Positions 1-9,599 of a stretch of DNA of 32,000 nucleotides are shown piece after piece. The DNA comes from Parasynechococcus marenigrum WH 8102 (GTDB taxonomy: Bacteria; Cyanobacteriota; Cyanobacteriia; PCC-6307; Cyanobiaceae), in assembly GCF_000195975.1 (NCBI RefSeq), contig NC_005070.1:1770001-1802000 (forward strand), in the 5' to 3' direction. A program made the translations under genes and the position numbers. How positions within the stretch are numbered: position 1 is the first letter of the stretch; each line of letters starts with the position of its first letter. The notes beneath the pieces are model-generated. The model was not told the origin of the DNA and made no database searches. It was given only the letters and a program-made list of their open reading frames with translations.

Positions 1-1
1 C

Positions 2-898
2 AACCGCGGCGTGCTGCAGGTGGCGGCCGTCCGTGCCCCATCCTTCGGCGAACGTCGCAAAGCGGCCCTGGCCGACATCGCCATCCTCACCGGTGGAACA
101 CTGATCAGCGAAGACAGGGCCTTGACCCTGGACAAGGTCCAGCTGTCTGACCTCGGCAAGGCCCGTCGCGTCACCATTAGTAAGGAGAACACCACGATCG
201 TGGCCACGGATGATCACCGTGCCGCCGTCGCAGACCGCGTCGCAGCGATCAAGCGGGAACTCGATGCCACCGACTCCGACTATGACCGCGAAAAGCTGAA
301 CGAGCGCATCGCCAAACTCGCCGGCGGCGTTGCTGTTATCAAGGTCGGTGCCCCAACGGAAACGGAACTCAAGAACCGCAAGCTGCGGATTGAGGATGCC
401 CTGAACGCCACGCGTGCAGCGATCGAAGAAGGCATTGTTCCCGGTGGTGGAACAACACTCCTGCAACTGGCCGATGGGTTGAACGGCCTTGTCGAGCAGC
501 TGGAGGGCGATCAGCGCACCGGGGTTGAGATCCTGCAGCGTGCCCTGGTGGCACCGGTGCATCACATCGCCACAAATGCCGGACACAATGGCGACGTGGT
601 GATCGAAGCCATGCGCAACAGCGGTCAGGGGTTCAATGCCCTCACGGGCACCTACGAGGATCTGATGGCCGCCGGCATTGTCGATGCCGCCAAGGTGGTG
701 CGTCTCGCCGTTCAGGATGCTGTTTCGATCGCCTCGCTGCTGATCACCACGGAAGTGGTGATCGCCGATAAGCCTGAGCCAGAGGCTCCCCCTGTCGATG
801 GCGGCGGTGACCCCATGGGAGGCATGGGTGGAATGGGCGGCATGGGCATGCCTGGCATGGGCGGTATGGGTGGCATGGGCATGCCCGGGATGATGTGA
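2..898 (+). CDS. groEL: Chaperonin GroEL (Cpn60), C-terminal ~298 aa; 5' end lies outside the window
   Basis: Translation has GroEL equatorial/apical signatures ([79 protein letters not shown]) and a GGM-repeat C-terminus. The reading frame is open to the window edge. Confidence 0.93.
815..895 (+). repeat. Tandem GGC-ATG-GG(N) codon repeat encoding the GroEL (GGM)n/(GMP) tail
   Basis: Read directly: atgggaggcatgggtggaatgggcggcatgggcatgcctggcatgggcggtatgggtggcatgggcatgcccgggatgatg. It lies inside the groEL frame. Confidence 0.85.
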
Positions 899-1588
899 TC
901 AGCCCCCCATCTCTCGGCAGTAGGCCTGCACCTGCAGGTCCACGCCGGTGATGGCCGTTCCAACAACAACGTTGTCCGCGCCTGCATCGAGAGCAGAGCG
1001 GGCTGCCGTTGGCGAGGCGATTCCCCCTTCACAGATCAAGCGAACCGACGTTTTCAGCTCCTTCCGCAACTCCGGCAGCAGGGCCAGAGCTGGGGGTGAC
1101 TTGTCAGCTGTGACCTCGGTGTAGCCATACAGCGTGGTTCCAACCCAGTCGCAGCCCAGCTCGGCAGCACGGATGCCGTTGGCGACACTGTCCACATCGG
1201 CCATCAGCGGAGCCCGCAACTCAGACCGGCAACGCTGAATCAACGCCTCCAGCCGTTGCCCCTCAGGCCGATGACGCTGGGTGGCATCCAACGCGATGAC
1301 ATCGGCGCCAGCGGACCACACCGCTTGAATCTCTCTCCACCCCGACGTGATGTAGACAGAACTGTCTGGGAACGTGCATTTCCACAGTCCAATGATCAGC
1401 GCATCAGGGCAGCGGCGTCGCACGGCCCCGATATGCTCAGGACTCTCCAGACGAACCCCAACAGCACCACAGCGCAGTGACGCCTCTGCCATTGCGGCGA
1501 TGACCTGGGGATCGCGCATCGGAGACCCTTGGGGGGCCTGCACCGAAACGATCAGTCCCTGGTCAAGCCGCTCGTTGGTTGGGATCAT
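899..1588 (-). CDS. nanE: N-acetylmannosamine-6-phosphate 2-epimerase-like protein (NanE family)
   Basis: 229 aa ORF with ATG at 1588. It is collinear with NanE along its full length: LIVSVQA...GAVGVR, VIALDAT.R.RP, MADV....G..A..LG.D.VGTTL.GYT, EGGI..P..A......GA..VVVG.AIT. Confidence 0.8.
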   Translation of the reverse strand: MIPTNERLDQGLIVSVQAPQGSPMRDPQVIAAMAEASLRCGAVGVRLESPEHIGAVRRRCPDALIIGLWKCTFPDSSVYITSGWREIQAVWSAGADVIALDATQRHRPEGQRLEALIQRCRSELRAPLMADVDSVANGIRAAELGCDWVGTTLYGYTEVTADKSPPALALLPELRKELKTSVRLICEGGIASPTAARSALDAGADNVVVGTAITGVDLQVQAYCREMGG

Positions 1589-1594
1589 CAGCGA

Positions 1595-1990
1595 TCAGGA
1601 GACCTTGGGGACGCTGTCATCGTCAGACACCAGCCATCTCCGTAGAGATCGGGGTGTGCTCAGCGGCGGAGCCGTCACCTCCTGGAGCTCATCAACCGGA
1701 TCATCAACGGACATCGTCGGCTCATCGAGTGCTCGGCTCACCTCGCTGAAAGATTCCCGCAGAACATTCGAGAACCGCTCGAATGCCCCCGGCTGATCGG
1801 CAACAGGCTCGGCCTCTTCAACCGGATCAACACGTGAAAACTCCGGCAGCGTGTCCACACCGAACCGATGCACCCATTGGCTGCGCAAAAGCAGCAATCG
1901 CTTCTGATCATCGGCGGCGTGAGCGGCGTTCAGTTGGCCGGCGAGGATGGTCTGACGCTGAGACGGAGGCTGAAACGGAGAGGTGAGCAC
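1595..1990 (-). CDS. Hypothetical acidic protein (131 aa from a GTG start); no family recognised
   Basis: ORF sits between the ABC-2 permease stop (1994) and the nanE start (1588), with 3 and 6 nt gaps. The only start at the 5' end is GTG at 1990. No domain recognised by eye. Confidence 0.45.
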   Translation of the reverse strand: MLTSPFQPPSQRQTILAGQLNAAHAADDQKRLLLLRSQWVHRFGVDTLPEFSRVDPVEEAEPVADQPGAFERFSNVLRESFSEVSRALDEPTMSVDDPVDELQEVTAPPLSTPRSLRRWLVSDDDSVPKVS

Positions 1991-1993
1991 GGG

Positions 1994-2842
1994 TCAAGAC
2001 AGCTTGCGATTGAGCAGAGGGCGGATCAGAAGGAAGAGTCCAACGGTGAGAGCAACAAGGATGCCAAGACAGCCGAAACCGGTCACATCGCCGTAAGGGG
2101 CCTCCAAAAGAACCAGCGAAAGATCCAGTGGACCGCGATAGGCGGCACGGATGGGTTCAATCGCGAAGGTAAGGGGATTCAGGGCCGCAAGCCAGCCCAG
2201 CCAGGAGGGCATGAACGACAGCGGAGCCAAAGCCGTGCTGGCGAACAACAGCGGCAGGTTGGCCACGAAGATCACAGCGATCAGCTCGATGTGACCCGGC
2301 AGTGCGAAGGCCAGACCGAGGCTGAGGGCTGTGACTGCAAACACCAGCAGCAGCAGGGTCACCAGCACCAACACAAGACCAGCCCCGCCCGGCCAGCCGT
2401 AACCCAGCGCTGCAGCCGTCAACATGATGGCCAGGCTCTGAAGAAGGCTGAGGGCAGTGATATAAGTCACTGAAGCCAGCACGATCGAACTTCGACTGCG
2501 CAATGGCGCCACCAGAAGCCGATTGAGGAAACCGAACTCCCGGTCGAACATCACCGGCAATCCGGCATTCAAGGCGCCGCTGAATGCGGTGAAGACAATC
2601 ACGCCAGCGCCGAGGAATCTCCCGTAGCTCATGCCCCCAGGCAGCAGGCCCTCCGGTGCATTGGCGAACAGGGCGCCGAACAGGATCAACCAGATCAACG
2701 GTTGAAGGATGCCGGCGATCAGGGTGGAGGGACGACGCAGCAACTGAAGGAACAGCCGGCGCGTCAGCGCCACTGTTTCCTGAATGAGCTCCGACAGAGC
2801 ACCGGAGTCGTCTGCGAGGGAAGGAAGGATTGGAGAGGTCAT
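1994..2842 (-). CDS. ABC-2 type transporter permease
   Basis: About 6 predicted TM helices and an ABC-2 layout (LTRRLFLQLLRRPSTLIAGILQPLIWLILFG ... FMPSWLGWLAALNPLTF). The track ORF begins at TTG 2848. ATG at 2842 (MTSPILPS) is the more likely start. Confidence 0.8.
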   Translation of the reverse strand: MTSPILPSLADDSGALSELIQETVALTRRLFLQLLRRPSTLIAGILQPLIWLILFGALFANAPEGLLPGGMSYGRFLGAGVIVFTAFSGALNAGLPVMFDREFGFLNRLLVAPLRSRSSIVLASVTYITALSLLQSLAIMLTAAALGYGWPGGAGLVLVLVTLLLLVFAVTALSLGLAFALPGHIELIAVIFVANLPLLFASTALAPLSFMPSWLGWLAALNPLTFAIEPIRAAYRGPLDLSLVLLEAPYGDVTGFGCLGILVALTVGLFLLIRPLLNRKLS

Positions 2843-2857
2843 GAGCAAATGGCGGAC

Positions 2858-3871
2858 TCAACGCATGGACTGGCGCTTTTCCTGTTTGAGGTCGCGCTGA
2901 CCGGCCAGGGCCAGCTCCGCATCCATCAGGGTCCGGCCCGTCGCTTGAAGGTAGACGTCATCAAGGCTGGGACGGCTTTGAGCAAGGGCGAATACCGGCA
3001 CTCCCTGATGGTCAAGGCATTGGCGAACACTGTTGATCACAGCTTCCCCATCGATCACCAGGTTGAGCGAAAACCCCTGAGCACGGTTCACCACCACCTG
3101 ACGGACCCCGTCCAGGGGCCGCAGCAGTGCGCTCACACGGTCCGCTTCTGCGGCATCACTGAACTCCCGCACCCGCAGCGTCACGCGATCGCCCCCAAGC
3201 TGCTGTTTCAACCCATCCGGGGTGCCTTCTGCGATCACCCGTCCGGAATCGATGATCGCCATTCGATCCGCAAGGGCTTCGACCTCCTCGAGGTAGTGGC
3301 TGCTGAGCAACACGCTGGTGCCCTGACTGACCAGCCGGCGTAGCAGATCCCAGATGGCCGATCGGCTCTCGATATCCAGGCCCACGGTGGGCTCATCCAG
3401 CACCAGAAGGCGTGGCCGATGCAGCAGACCCGCCGCCAGATCCAGGCGGCGCCGCATTCCTCCGGAATAGGTGCCGCAGCGTCGGTCCACCCAATCCCCC
3501 ATGGCCAACAGCTCGATCAGATCAGCCATCCGCTGATCACGATCGGCGCGTTGCAGGTGATAAAGATCACCCTGCAGCTGGAGAAGTTCACGCCCGGTGA
3601 GGATTTTGTCGATAGCCACCTCCTGAGCCACGTAGCCGAGATGCCGTCGCACAGCTCTGGGATGCTTCAGAGCATCAATACCAGCCACCTGGACAGACCC
3701 CGCATCGGGTTCCAGCAGCGTGGCCAGGATGCGAAGTGTTGATGTTTTCCCTGCGCCATTCGGCCCCAGAAGGCCATACAGACAGGCCTCAGGCACCTCA
3801 AGGTTGAGGTCCTCAAGCGCCACAACAGAGCCGTAAGCCTTGTGCAGGTGCCGAAGTTCAATCAGTGGCAT
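2858..3871 (-). CDS. ABC transporter ATP-binding protein (DrrA/CcmA-like, partner of the ABC-2 permease)
   Basis: Walker A GPNGAGKTS, signature YSGGMRRRL, Walker B LLVLDEPTVGLD, H-loop SSHYLEE. It also has a C-terminal extension typical of DrrA-type ATPases. Confidence 0.9.
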   Translation of the reverse strand: MPLIELRHLHKAYGSVVALEDLNLEVPEACLYGLLGPNGAGKTSTLRILATLLEPDAGSVQVAGIDALKHPRAVRRHLGYVAQEVAIDKILTGRELLQLQGDLYHLQRADRDQRMADLIELLAMGDWVDRRCGTYSGGMRRRLDLAAGLLHRPRLLVLDEPTVGLDIESRSAIWDLLRRLVSQGTSVLLSSHYLEEVEALADRMAIIDSGRVIAEGTPDGLKQQLGGDRVTLRVREFSDAAEADRVSALLRPLDGVRQVVVNRAQGFSLNLVIDGEAVINSVRQCLDHQGVPVFALAQSRPSLDDVYLQATGRTLMDAELALAGQRDLKQEKRQSMR

Positions 3872-3907
3872 CGCACAGCCATCCCAGAGACGGAATCTAA
3901 GAACCGA

Positions 3908-4888
3908 TCAAACGATCGGCAGCTGCTGCAGAACGAACATCACCTGCTGATCAAAGCTCGAGGCGAGATCGGTGCGGCTGAGGATCAGCAACAGACAGAT
4001 GCCGAACAGATAAAGGATTGACCAACGAAACAGTCCCTTGGCAGCCATCAGGCTGTCGGGATCCATCGACAGGCGCTGCACCATTTGAATCAGTCGTCCG
4101 TTAAAAGGAAGCAAAATCAACCCGTAGAAGACACCTCCCGTTGGCAGGGCCAGGACACCGAATCCGCTCAACAGCACCGTGGCCCAGCCGTAGCGACGGA
4201 TCGCACGGGCTGTGACCACGGGACCCTTCACCACAGGCAGCATCGGGATGCCGACAGCTCGGTAGTCCTCACGCAGCAACAGCGCCAGCGCCCAGAAATG
4301 AGCAGGTGTCCAGACCATCACGAGCGCGAACAGCCACCAGCCCCCCAATCCCACGTGGCCGGTCGCCGCGGCAGCTCCCACCAGCGGAGGGATCGCCCCT
4401 GCAACACCACCGATGACGATGTTCTGCGTTGTCCGGGGTTTGAGCAGAGCTGTGTAGAGCAACACATAGCTGCAAAGCCCAAGCAGAGACAGACCAGCCG
4501 CCAGGCAGTTCACGCCGCTCACCAGCAACATCGCCGCCGCCAGGGTGCAGGCGATGGCGCCGATGAAGGCACTCGTCGGGGAGAGGCGTCCAGACGGCAG
4601 GGCTCTGCCACTGGTGCGCGCCATGCGGCCATCAAGGTCCTGTTCCCATAAACAGTTCAGAACTCCAGCTGCTGCCGAGGCCAGGGCACCGCCTCCAAGG
4701 GTGCAGACCAGACGTGGAGACGACAGGGGCCATCCCTCGGTGAGAGCCATGCCGCCAAGGGTGGTGGCCAGAAGCAGAGGGATCAGCCTTGGCTTGGCCA
4801 CTTCAAGCCAAGGGGGGAGCTTGACCCGTTTTCGTGAGGGAACGACCTGATCGCGGGTGGGCAGGGCAGCGGAAATGGCTTCAGCCAT
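3908..4888 (-). CDS. ctaB: Protoheme IX farnesyltransferase (heme O synthase), UbiA family
   Basis: Multi-TM UbiA-type protein ([69 protein letters not shown]). Start chosen at ATG 4888 (MAEAIS), which gives an ATGGCTGA overlap with the ctaA stop at 4881. Confidence 0.9.
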   Translation of the reverse strand: MAEAISAALPTRDQVVPSRKRVKLPPWLEVAKPRLIPLLLATTLGGMALTEGWPLSSPRLVCTLGGGALASAAAGVLNCLWEQDLDGRMARTSGRALPSGRLSPTSAFIGAIACTLAAAMLLVSGVNCLAAGLSLLGLCSYVLLYTALLKPRTTQNIVIGGVAGAIPPLVGAAAATGHVGLGGWWLFALVMVWTPAHFWALALLLREDYRAVGIPMLPVVKGPVVTARAIRRYGWATVLLSGFGVLALPTGGVFYGLILLPFNGRLIQMVQRLSMDPDSLMAAKGLFRWSILYLFGICLLLILSRTDLASSFDQQVMFVLQQLPIV

Positions 4889-5810
4889 GACAGGGCTCCA
4901 GAGAGGAGTCGTCGAGGACGACAGGACAGGGGACAGCAGCAACAAACGCAGGGCAGCGCACCAGCAGCGCCGCCAGAACACCCACCAGCAGCGCCGCCAC
5001 CAGCTGATGGGCCACCGTGACCAGGGGCTGATCCAGCCCGAGTCGGAACGTGGTGATGCCGAGGCTCACCTGGGTGGTAACCAGCAGCACCGCTGAGAGG
5101 AGCAGAGGCCACTGACGGCGGCTCCACCCACCGGCCAACAAGGCCACCAGCACGAACAGCAGAACAAAGCCCGCGACAGGAGTTGCAGCGGAGCGATGCC
5201 AGACCAGCCAGCGGCAGGCCTCACCGCCGGCGAGACAGCGCTGGGCAGCCCAGGAGGTGGCCATGCGCGCACCGAGGAGGCACTGGCTCACCACCCCAAC
5301 GAGGGCAAGGGCTGACAGGGGACGCCACCACCAGGGTGGCTGCCCATCGCCGGATTGCAGCAGACGCTGCGTCAGTCCGCTGAGCAGTGCCACAAGCGTC
5401 AGCGCCAGAGCCAGGTGAGCCGTGACGACTCCCGAGGGGAGCAGCTGCAGCACCGTCAGAGCTCCGAGGCCACCCTGCAGAACAACCAGCAACACCAACA
5501 GTCCGCTCATCCAGGGGAGCCATCGAGGCAGAGATCGCCTCCACACGACGGAGACGACGGACATCACCACCAGAGCGATGCCGATGACAAAGGCGTCAAG
5601 GCGGTGAAACCACTCCAGAAACACCTGAAGGTTCATCTGGCGCCCAGGCAGGAACGTCCCGTAGCAAAGGGGCCAATCCGGACAGGCCAGACCCGCCTCC
5701 ATAACGCGGGTTGCGCCACCGATCACCACAAGCGCGATCACAGCGACAAGTAGATGAGACGACAGGCGCCCAAGACGGCGTCGCATTGGAGTCGTAGCTG
5801 AAAACATCAT
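4881..5810 (-). CDS. ctaA: Heme A synthase (COX15/CtaA family)
   Basis: 309 aa polytopic protein with CtaA motifs ([45 protein letters not shown]). It sits upstream of ctaB and divergent from ctaCDE. The exact ATG (5810, 5807 or 5786) is uncertain. Confidence 0.85.
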   Translation of the reverse strand: MMFSATTPMRRRLGRLSSHLLVAVIALVVIGGATRVMEAGLACPDWPLCYGTFLPGRQMNLQVFLEWFHRLDAFVIGIALVVMSVVSVVWRRSLPRWLPWMSGLLVLLVVLQGGLGALTVLQLLPSGVVTAHLALALTLVALLSGLTQRLLQSGDGQPPWWWRPLSALALVGVVSQCLLGARMATSWAAQRCLAGGEACRWLVWHRSAATPVAGFVLLFVLVALLAGGWSRRQWPLLLSAVLLVTTQVSLGITTFRLGLDQPLVTVAHQLVAALLVGVLAALLVRCPAFVAAVPCPVVLDDSSLEPCHG

Positions 5811-6008
5811 CGACAGTCCATCTCAAGACCCTGCGAAGGCCTGCTCGGAACGTAGCGATGTCTTTTTGAACGTCACCTTGTGTGGACCTCTGCAACACCA
5901 TCAGCCTCCCGAAGGTGCACCTTTGCTGACACAACCAGCGGCTTAAGAAACAATCCATGGAGAAGCTGAATTGGCTCCATACGCTGAGAGGAGTTGGGGA
6001 TTGGAGCC
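5811..6008. promoter_or_regulatory. Divergent intergenic region expected to carry the ctaA(B) and ctaCDE promoters
   Basis: Inferred from layout only: about 200 bp between two divergently oriented cta operons. I could not pick out convincing -10/-35 hexamers by eye. Confidence 0.35.
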
Positions 6009-6824
6009 ATGCAGATCCCATCAGCCATCGTCACCCTGGTGATCGGAATGCTCCTCGCCTTAGGGGGGCTTTGGATCGGCCAGAACATCAATCTTCTGCC
6101 GATTGATGCCAGCGTGAATGCACCGATTTACGACGAGCTCTTTCAGGTTCTGTTCACAATCGGAACAATCCTATTCGTGGGCATCGTTGGGCTTCTTGTT
6201 TACAGCTTGATTCGTTTTCGTCGACGAAGTGGCCAGCTCGGCGACGGAATCGCCATCGAAGGCAATCTCCCCCTGGAGATTTTCTGGACAGCAGTACCGG
6301 CGATTGTTGTGCTGTTCGTTGGCCTCTACAGCTACGACATCTACGACCGCATGGGCGGGATGGTACCGCTGGCTCACGACCACATGGCTGTGAGCGGTGA
6401 AGAGCGCATCTGGGGAGGCATCAGCTCCGGCTCAACGCTGACAGACAACACCTCAGCAACTGCACTGCCCATTGATGTGACTGCAATGCAGTTTGCCTTT
6501 CTCTTTCATTACCCAGAGGGAGACATCACAGCTGGAGAGCTGCACGTACCCGCCAATCGGCCAGTGACCCTCCACATGGAGGCAAAGGATGTGATTCATG
6601 CCTTCTGGGTTCCGGAGTTTCGTCTCAAGCAGGACGTGATTCCTGGGCAACCGACCCAACTCAGCTTCACGGCCACGCGACCCGGTCGTTATCCGATCGT
6701 CTGCGCAGAGCTCTGTGGCCCGTATCACGGAGGCATGCGTTCCACCGTGGTTGTTGACGAACCGGACGAATGGGATGCCTGGTTCAGCAGCAACGCCAAA
6801 ACGGAAGACACCACCACAACCTGA
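6009..6824 (+). CDS. ctaC: Cytochrome c oxidase subunit II
   Basis: Two N-terminal TM helices and the CuA site HAFWVPEF...CAELCGPYHGGM. ATG at 6009 (MQIPSAIV) is preceded by ggag. The track ORF starts at an upstream TTG (5994). Confidence 0.9.
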   Translation: MQIPSAIVTLVIGMLLALGGLWIGQNINLLPIDASVNAPIYDELFQVLFTIGTILFVGIVGLLVYSLIRFRRRSGQLGDGIAIEGNLPLEIFWTAVPAIVVLFVGLYSYDIYDRMGGMVPLAHDHMAVSGEERIWGGISSGSTLTDNTSATALPIDVTAMQFAFLFHYPEGDITAGELHVPANRPVTLHMEAKDVIHAFWVPEFRLKQDVIPGQPTQLSFTATRPGRYPIVCAELCGPYHGGMRSTVVVDEPDEWDAWFSSNAKTEDTTTT

Positions 6825-6828
6825 TTCG

Positions 6829-8499
6829 ATGACTGTTGCCATCCCACCTCAGACCAGCTCATCCAGCCCAAGGCTTCAACCGACTGGCTGGCTTCGCTAT
6901 TTCAGCTTCAGCGTCGATCACAAGGTGATCGGCCTGCAATACCTGGTCTGCGGCTTTCTCTTCTATTTGATCGGAGGAGCCCTCGCCGGGGCGATTCGTA
7001 CGGAACTGGCCAGTCCGGTCTCGGACTTCATGGCCAGGGACGTTTACAACCAGGTCCTCACCCTGCATGGGACCGTCATGATCTTTCTTTGGATCGTGCC
7101 GGTGGTGAATGGCGCCTTCGGCAACTACCTGATTCCCTTTTATGTGGGTGCCCGGGACATGGCGTTCCCACGACTCAATGCGGTGGCATTCTGGCTGATT
7201 CCCCCAGCGGGGCTGATGCTGATCACCAGCTATTTCCTGACTGGTGCTGCGCAGTCCGGCTGGACCGCCTATCCCCCGTTGAGCATCACCACTCCTGCCA
7301 CAGGTCAGATCATCTGGATTCTGAGTGTGCTTCTGCTGGGGGGAAGTTCCATCTTTGGCGGCATTAATTTCATCGCGACGATTCTCAAACTGCGTCGCCC
7401 GGGGCTGAAGTTGATGCAATTACCGATGTACTGCTGGGCGATGCTGGGCACCAGCATTTTGGTGGTTCTTTCAACCCCTGTGTTGGCGGGAACACTGGTG
7501 TTGCTCAGTTTCGACATTGTGGCCCACACCGGCTTTTTCAACCCGACACTGGGGGGGAACGTTGTCGTTTATCAACACCTGTTCTGGTTTTATTCCCACC
7601 CGGCGGTGTACATCATGGTGCTGCCGGCCTTCGGCCTGGTGAGTGAAATCCTCCCCGTCCACGCGCGCAAGCCCCTGTTCGGCTACGTGACGATGGTCTA
7701 TTCGATCATGGCCATCGTGGTGCTCGGCCTCGTCGTCTGGGCCCACCACATGTTCACCAGCGGCACACCGCCTTGGATGCGGTTGTTCTTCACCATCGCC
7801 ACCGCCTTCATCGCCGTACCGACGGGGATCAAATTCTTCAACTGGCTGGCCACCCTCTGGGGCGGGCGCATCACCCTGAACAGCGCCATGTTGTTTTCCT
7901 GCGGGTTCATCGTCAATTTTGTGCTGGGGGGGATCACCGGTGTGGCACTGGCTCAGGTGCCTTTCGACATTCATGTGCATGACACCTACTTCGTGGTGGC
8001 CCATTTCCACTACATCGTCTTCGGTGGGTCGGTGTTCGTGATCTTCGCCTCGGTTTACCACTGGTATCCAAAGTTCACGGGCCGCATGCTCAATGAAGAC
8101 CTGGGGCGGCTCCACTGCGCCCTCACCTTCATCGGCTTCAACCTCTGCTTTGGTCCGCAGCACTGGCTCGGGCTGAATGGCATGCCACGTCGTGTCGCCG
8201 AATACGACCCGCAGTTCACCCTGATAAATCAGATCAGTTCCGTCGGGGCACTGCTGATGGCCATCAGCACCCTGCCATTCCTCTGGAACGTGGTGCAGAG
8301 CGCCCTCAGCGGCAAACCTGCCGGAGACAACCCCTGGAATGCCCTGACACCGGAATGGCTCACCAGCTCACCACCACCGGTGGAGAACTGGATCGGTGAA
8401 GCGCCTCTCGTGGAAGAGCCCTACGGCTATGGCGTTCCCATGGATCAACTTGACCTGACCGCCACCAGCGGTCGCGACCTCTGGAGCAGCGGCAAATGA
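6829..8499 (+). CDS. ctaD: Cytochrome c oxidase subunit I
   Basis: Motifs DHKVIGLQYL, LHGTVMIFLW, WFYSHPAVYIMVLPAFG, WAHHMFTSG, HDTYFVVAHFHY. Start chosen at ATG 6829, 5 nt after the ctaC stop. The track ORF extends upstream into ctaC. Confidence 0.95.
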   Translation: MTVAIPPQTSSSSPRLQPTGWLRYFSFSVDHKVIGLQYLVCGFLFYLIGGALAGAIRTELASPVSDFMARDVYNQVLTLHGTVMIFLWIVPVVNGAFGNYLIPFYVGARDMAFPRLNAVAFWLIPPAGLMLITSYFLTGAAQSGWTAYPPLSITTPATGQIIWILSVLLLGGSSIFGGINFIATILKLRRPGLKLMQLPMYCWAMLGTSILVVLSTPVLAGTLVLLSFDIVAHTGFFNPTLGGNVVVYQHLFWFYSHPAVYIMVLPAFGLVSEILPVHARKPLFGYVTMVYSIMAIVVLGLVVWAHHMFTSGTPPWMRLFFTIATAFIAVPTGIKFFNWLATLWGGRITLNSAMLFSCGFIVNFVLGGITGVALAQVPFDIHVHDTYFVVAHFHYIVFGGSVFVIFASVYHWYPKFTGRMLNEDLGRLHCALTFIGFNLCFGPQHWLGLNGMPRRVAEYDPQFTLINQISSVGALLMAISTLPFLWNVVQSALSGKPAGDNPWNALTPEWLTSSPPPVENWIGEAPLVEEPYGYGVPMDQLDLTATSGRDLWSSGK

Positions 8500-9104
8500 C
8501 CTCGACACTCCCCGTTCAGCCGGAGAGCTCCCATGCAAGCGACTCCCACGGGCATGAGGAACACGCCGACTACCGCATGTTCGGCCTGGCCACCTTTCTC
8601 GTCGCTGATGCGATGACCTTCGCCGGGTTCTTTGCGGCCTATCTCACCTTCAAGGCCGTCAATCCTCTTCCTGAGGGAGCCATCTATGAGCTGGAGCTGC
8701 CACTGCCCATCCTCAACACCGTGTTGTTGCTGGTGAGCAGTGCCACATTTCACAAGGCCGGGCAGGCCATCCGCCAGAACCTGCAAGGCCGTTGCCGCAA
8801 CTGGCTGCTCGTGACGGCAGGGTTAGGGCTCGCGTTTCTGGTGAGTCAGATGGTCGAGTACTTCACCCTCCCCTTTGGCCTGACGGACAACCTGTACGCA
8901 AGCACTTTCTTCGCCGCCACGGGCTTCCACGGATTGCACGTCACTCTGGGCGCTCTGATGATCCTGATTGTCTGGTGGCAAGCTCGCGCCAATGGTGGTC
9001 GTGTGACGGCTGAGGATCACTTCCCCCTCGAAGCGGCCGAGCTGTACTGGCACTTCGTGGATGGAATCTGGGTCATTCTGTTCGTCATCCTCTATTTGCT
9101 CTGA
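8496..9104 (+). CDS. ctaE: Cytochrome c oxidase subunit III
   Basis: 202 aa with the cox3 pattern (FATGFHGLHVTLGALMILIVWW, AAELYWHFVDGIWVILF). ATGA overlap with the ctaD stop. Confidence 0.9.
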   Translation: MTSTLPVQPESSHASDSHGHEEHADYRMFGLATFLVADAMTFAGFFAAYLTFKAVNPLPEGAIYELELPLPILNTVLLLVSSATFHKAGQAIRQNLQGRCRNWLLVTAGLGLAFLVSQMVEYFTLPFGLTDNLYASTFFAATGFHGLHVTLGALMILIVWWQARANGGRVTAEDHFPLEAAELYWHFVDGIWVILFVILYLL

Positions 9105-9158
9105 TCGCTTGTCAGGGCTTGGATGCATGGCCACAATTCAGTTGAATTGATCGCAACA

Positions 9159-9599
9159 ATGCTGGTCGGCGAAGAACTGCTGAACAAGGCCAGATCGCTC
9201 AGCAATCGGCCGGAGGATGACATCGCCAGAGGTTGCGGTTATGTCGGCCCCAGTGGTCGATTGCTGAAAAAGAGCTTCTACAGAGCACTGGTCGAAGCCA
9301 AGGCCGAGGCCCAGGGCTGGCAGCTTCCCCGCAGCACAACCAACAGCGGTGGGGGTGGCAGTCGCGGTCGGCAGGCCGAGTTCCGCACCCGAGTGCATGG
9401 CAACGGCAATCTGCTGATCGGACACGCCTACACCCGCAGGCTTGGTCTTGAGCCTGGCCAGGAATTCCGGATTGAGCTGAACAGCGATTCCGGGTCCATC
9501 TCCTTGAGCCCTCTCAACGAAAGCACGATGGAGAGCACTGCTGATCAGGTCCAGCCGTTTTCGGACAGCCAGGCTTCTGACATGGCCGGTGTGGAGTGA
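9159..9599 (+). CDS. Cyanobacterial AbrB-like (cyAbrB) transcriptional regulator with a C-terminal SpoVT/AbrB domain
   Basis: The N-terminus (MLVGEELLNKARSLSNRPEDDIARGCGYV) and the C-terminal AbrB-type swapped-hairpin segment (GNGNLLIGHAYTRRLGLEPGQEFRIEL) match the cyAbrB architecture. The start is uncertain (ATG 9159 versus 9123). Confidence 0.7.
   Translation: MLVGEELLNKARSLSNRPEDDIARGCGYVGPSGRLLKKSFYRALVEAKAEAQGWQLPRSTTNSGGGGSRGRQAEFRTRVHGNGNLLIGHAYTRRLGLEPGQEFRIELNSDSGSISLSPLNESTMESTADQVQPFSDSQASDMAGVE

Noticed and set aside
815-895. Short tandem repeat considered as a possible CRISPR or mobile-element repeat
   Set aside because: It is the in-frame GGM tail of GroEL. The period is 9-15 nt and there are no spacers.
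3185-3192. HIP1 palindrome GCGATCGC (also at 29825-29832) as a sign of HIP1 enrichment
   Set aside because: I spotted only two exact copies in 32 kb by eye. Without a count against expectation, no enrichment claim is justified.
4889-4981. 31-codon upstream extension of ctaB (MFWRRCW...)
   Set aside because: It overlaps the ctaA 3' end by about 100 nt. ATG 4888 gives the classic 8-nt ATGGCTGA coupling overlap and a normal CtaB N-terminus.
6715-6828. 38-codon upstream extension of ctaD into ctaC
   Set aside because: The extension lies inside the ctaC coding sequence in another frame. ATG 6829 follows directly after the ctaC stop and precedes the conserved N-terminus.
7471-8163. 230-aa minus-strand ORF inside ctaD
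   Set aside because: It is antisense to cytochrome oxidase subunit I. Its His/Asp/Glu/Gly-rich translation is the mirror of hydrophobic codons.
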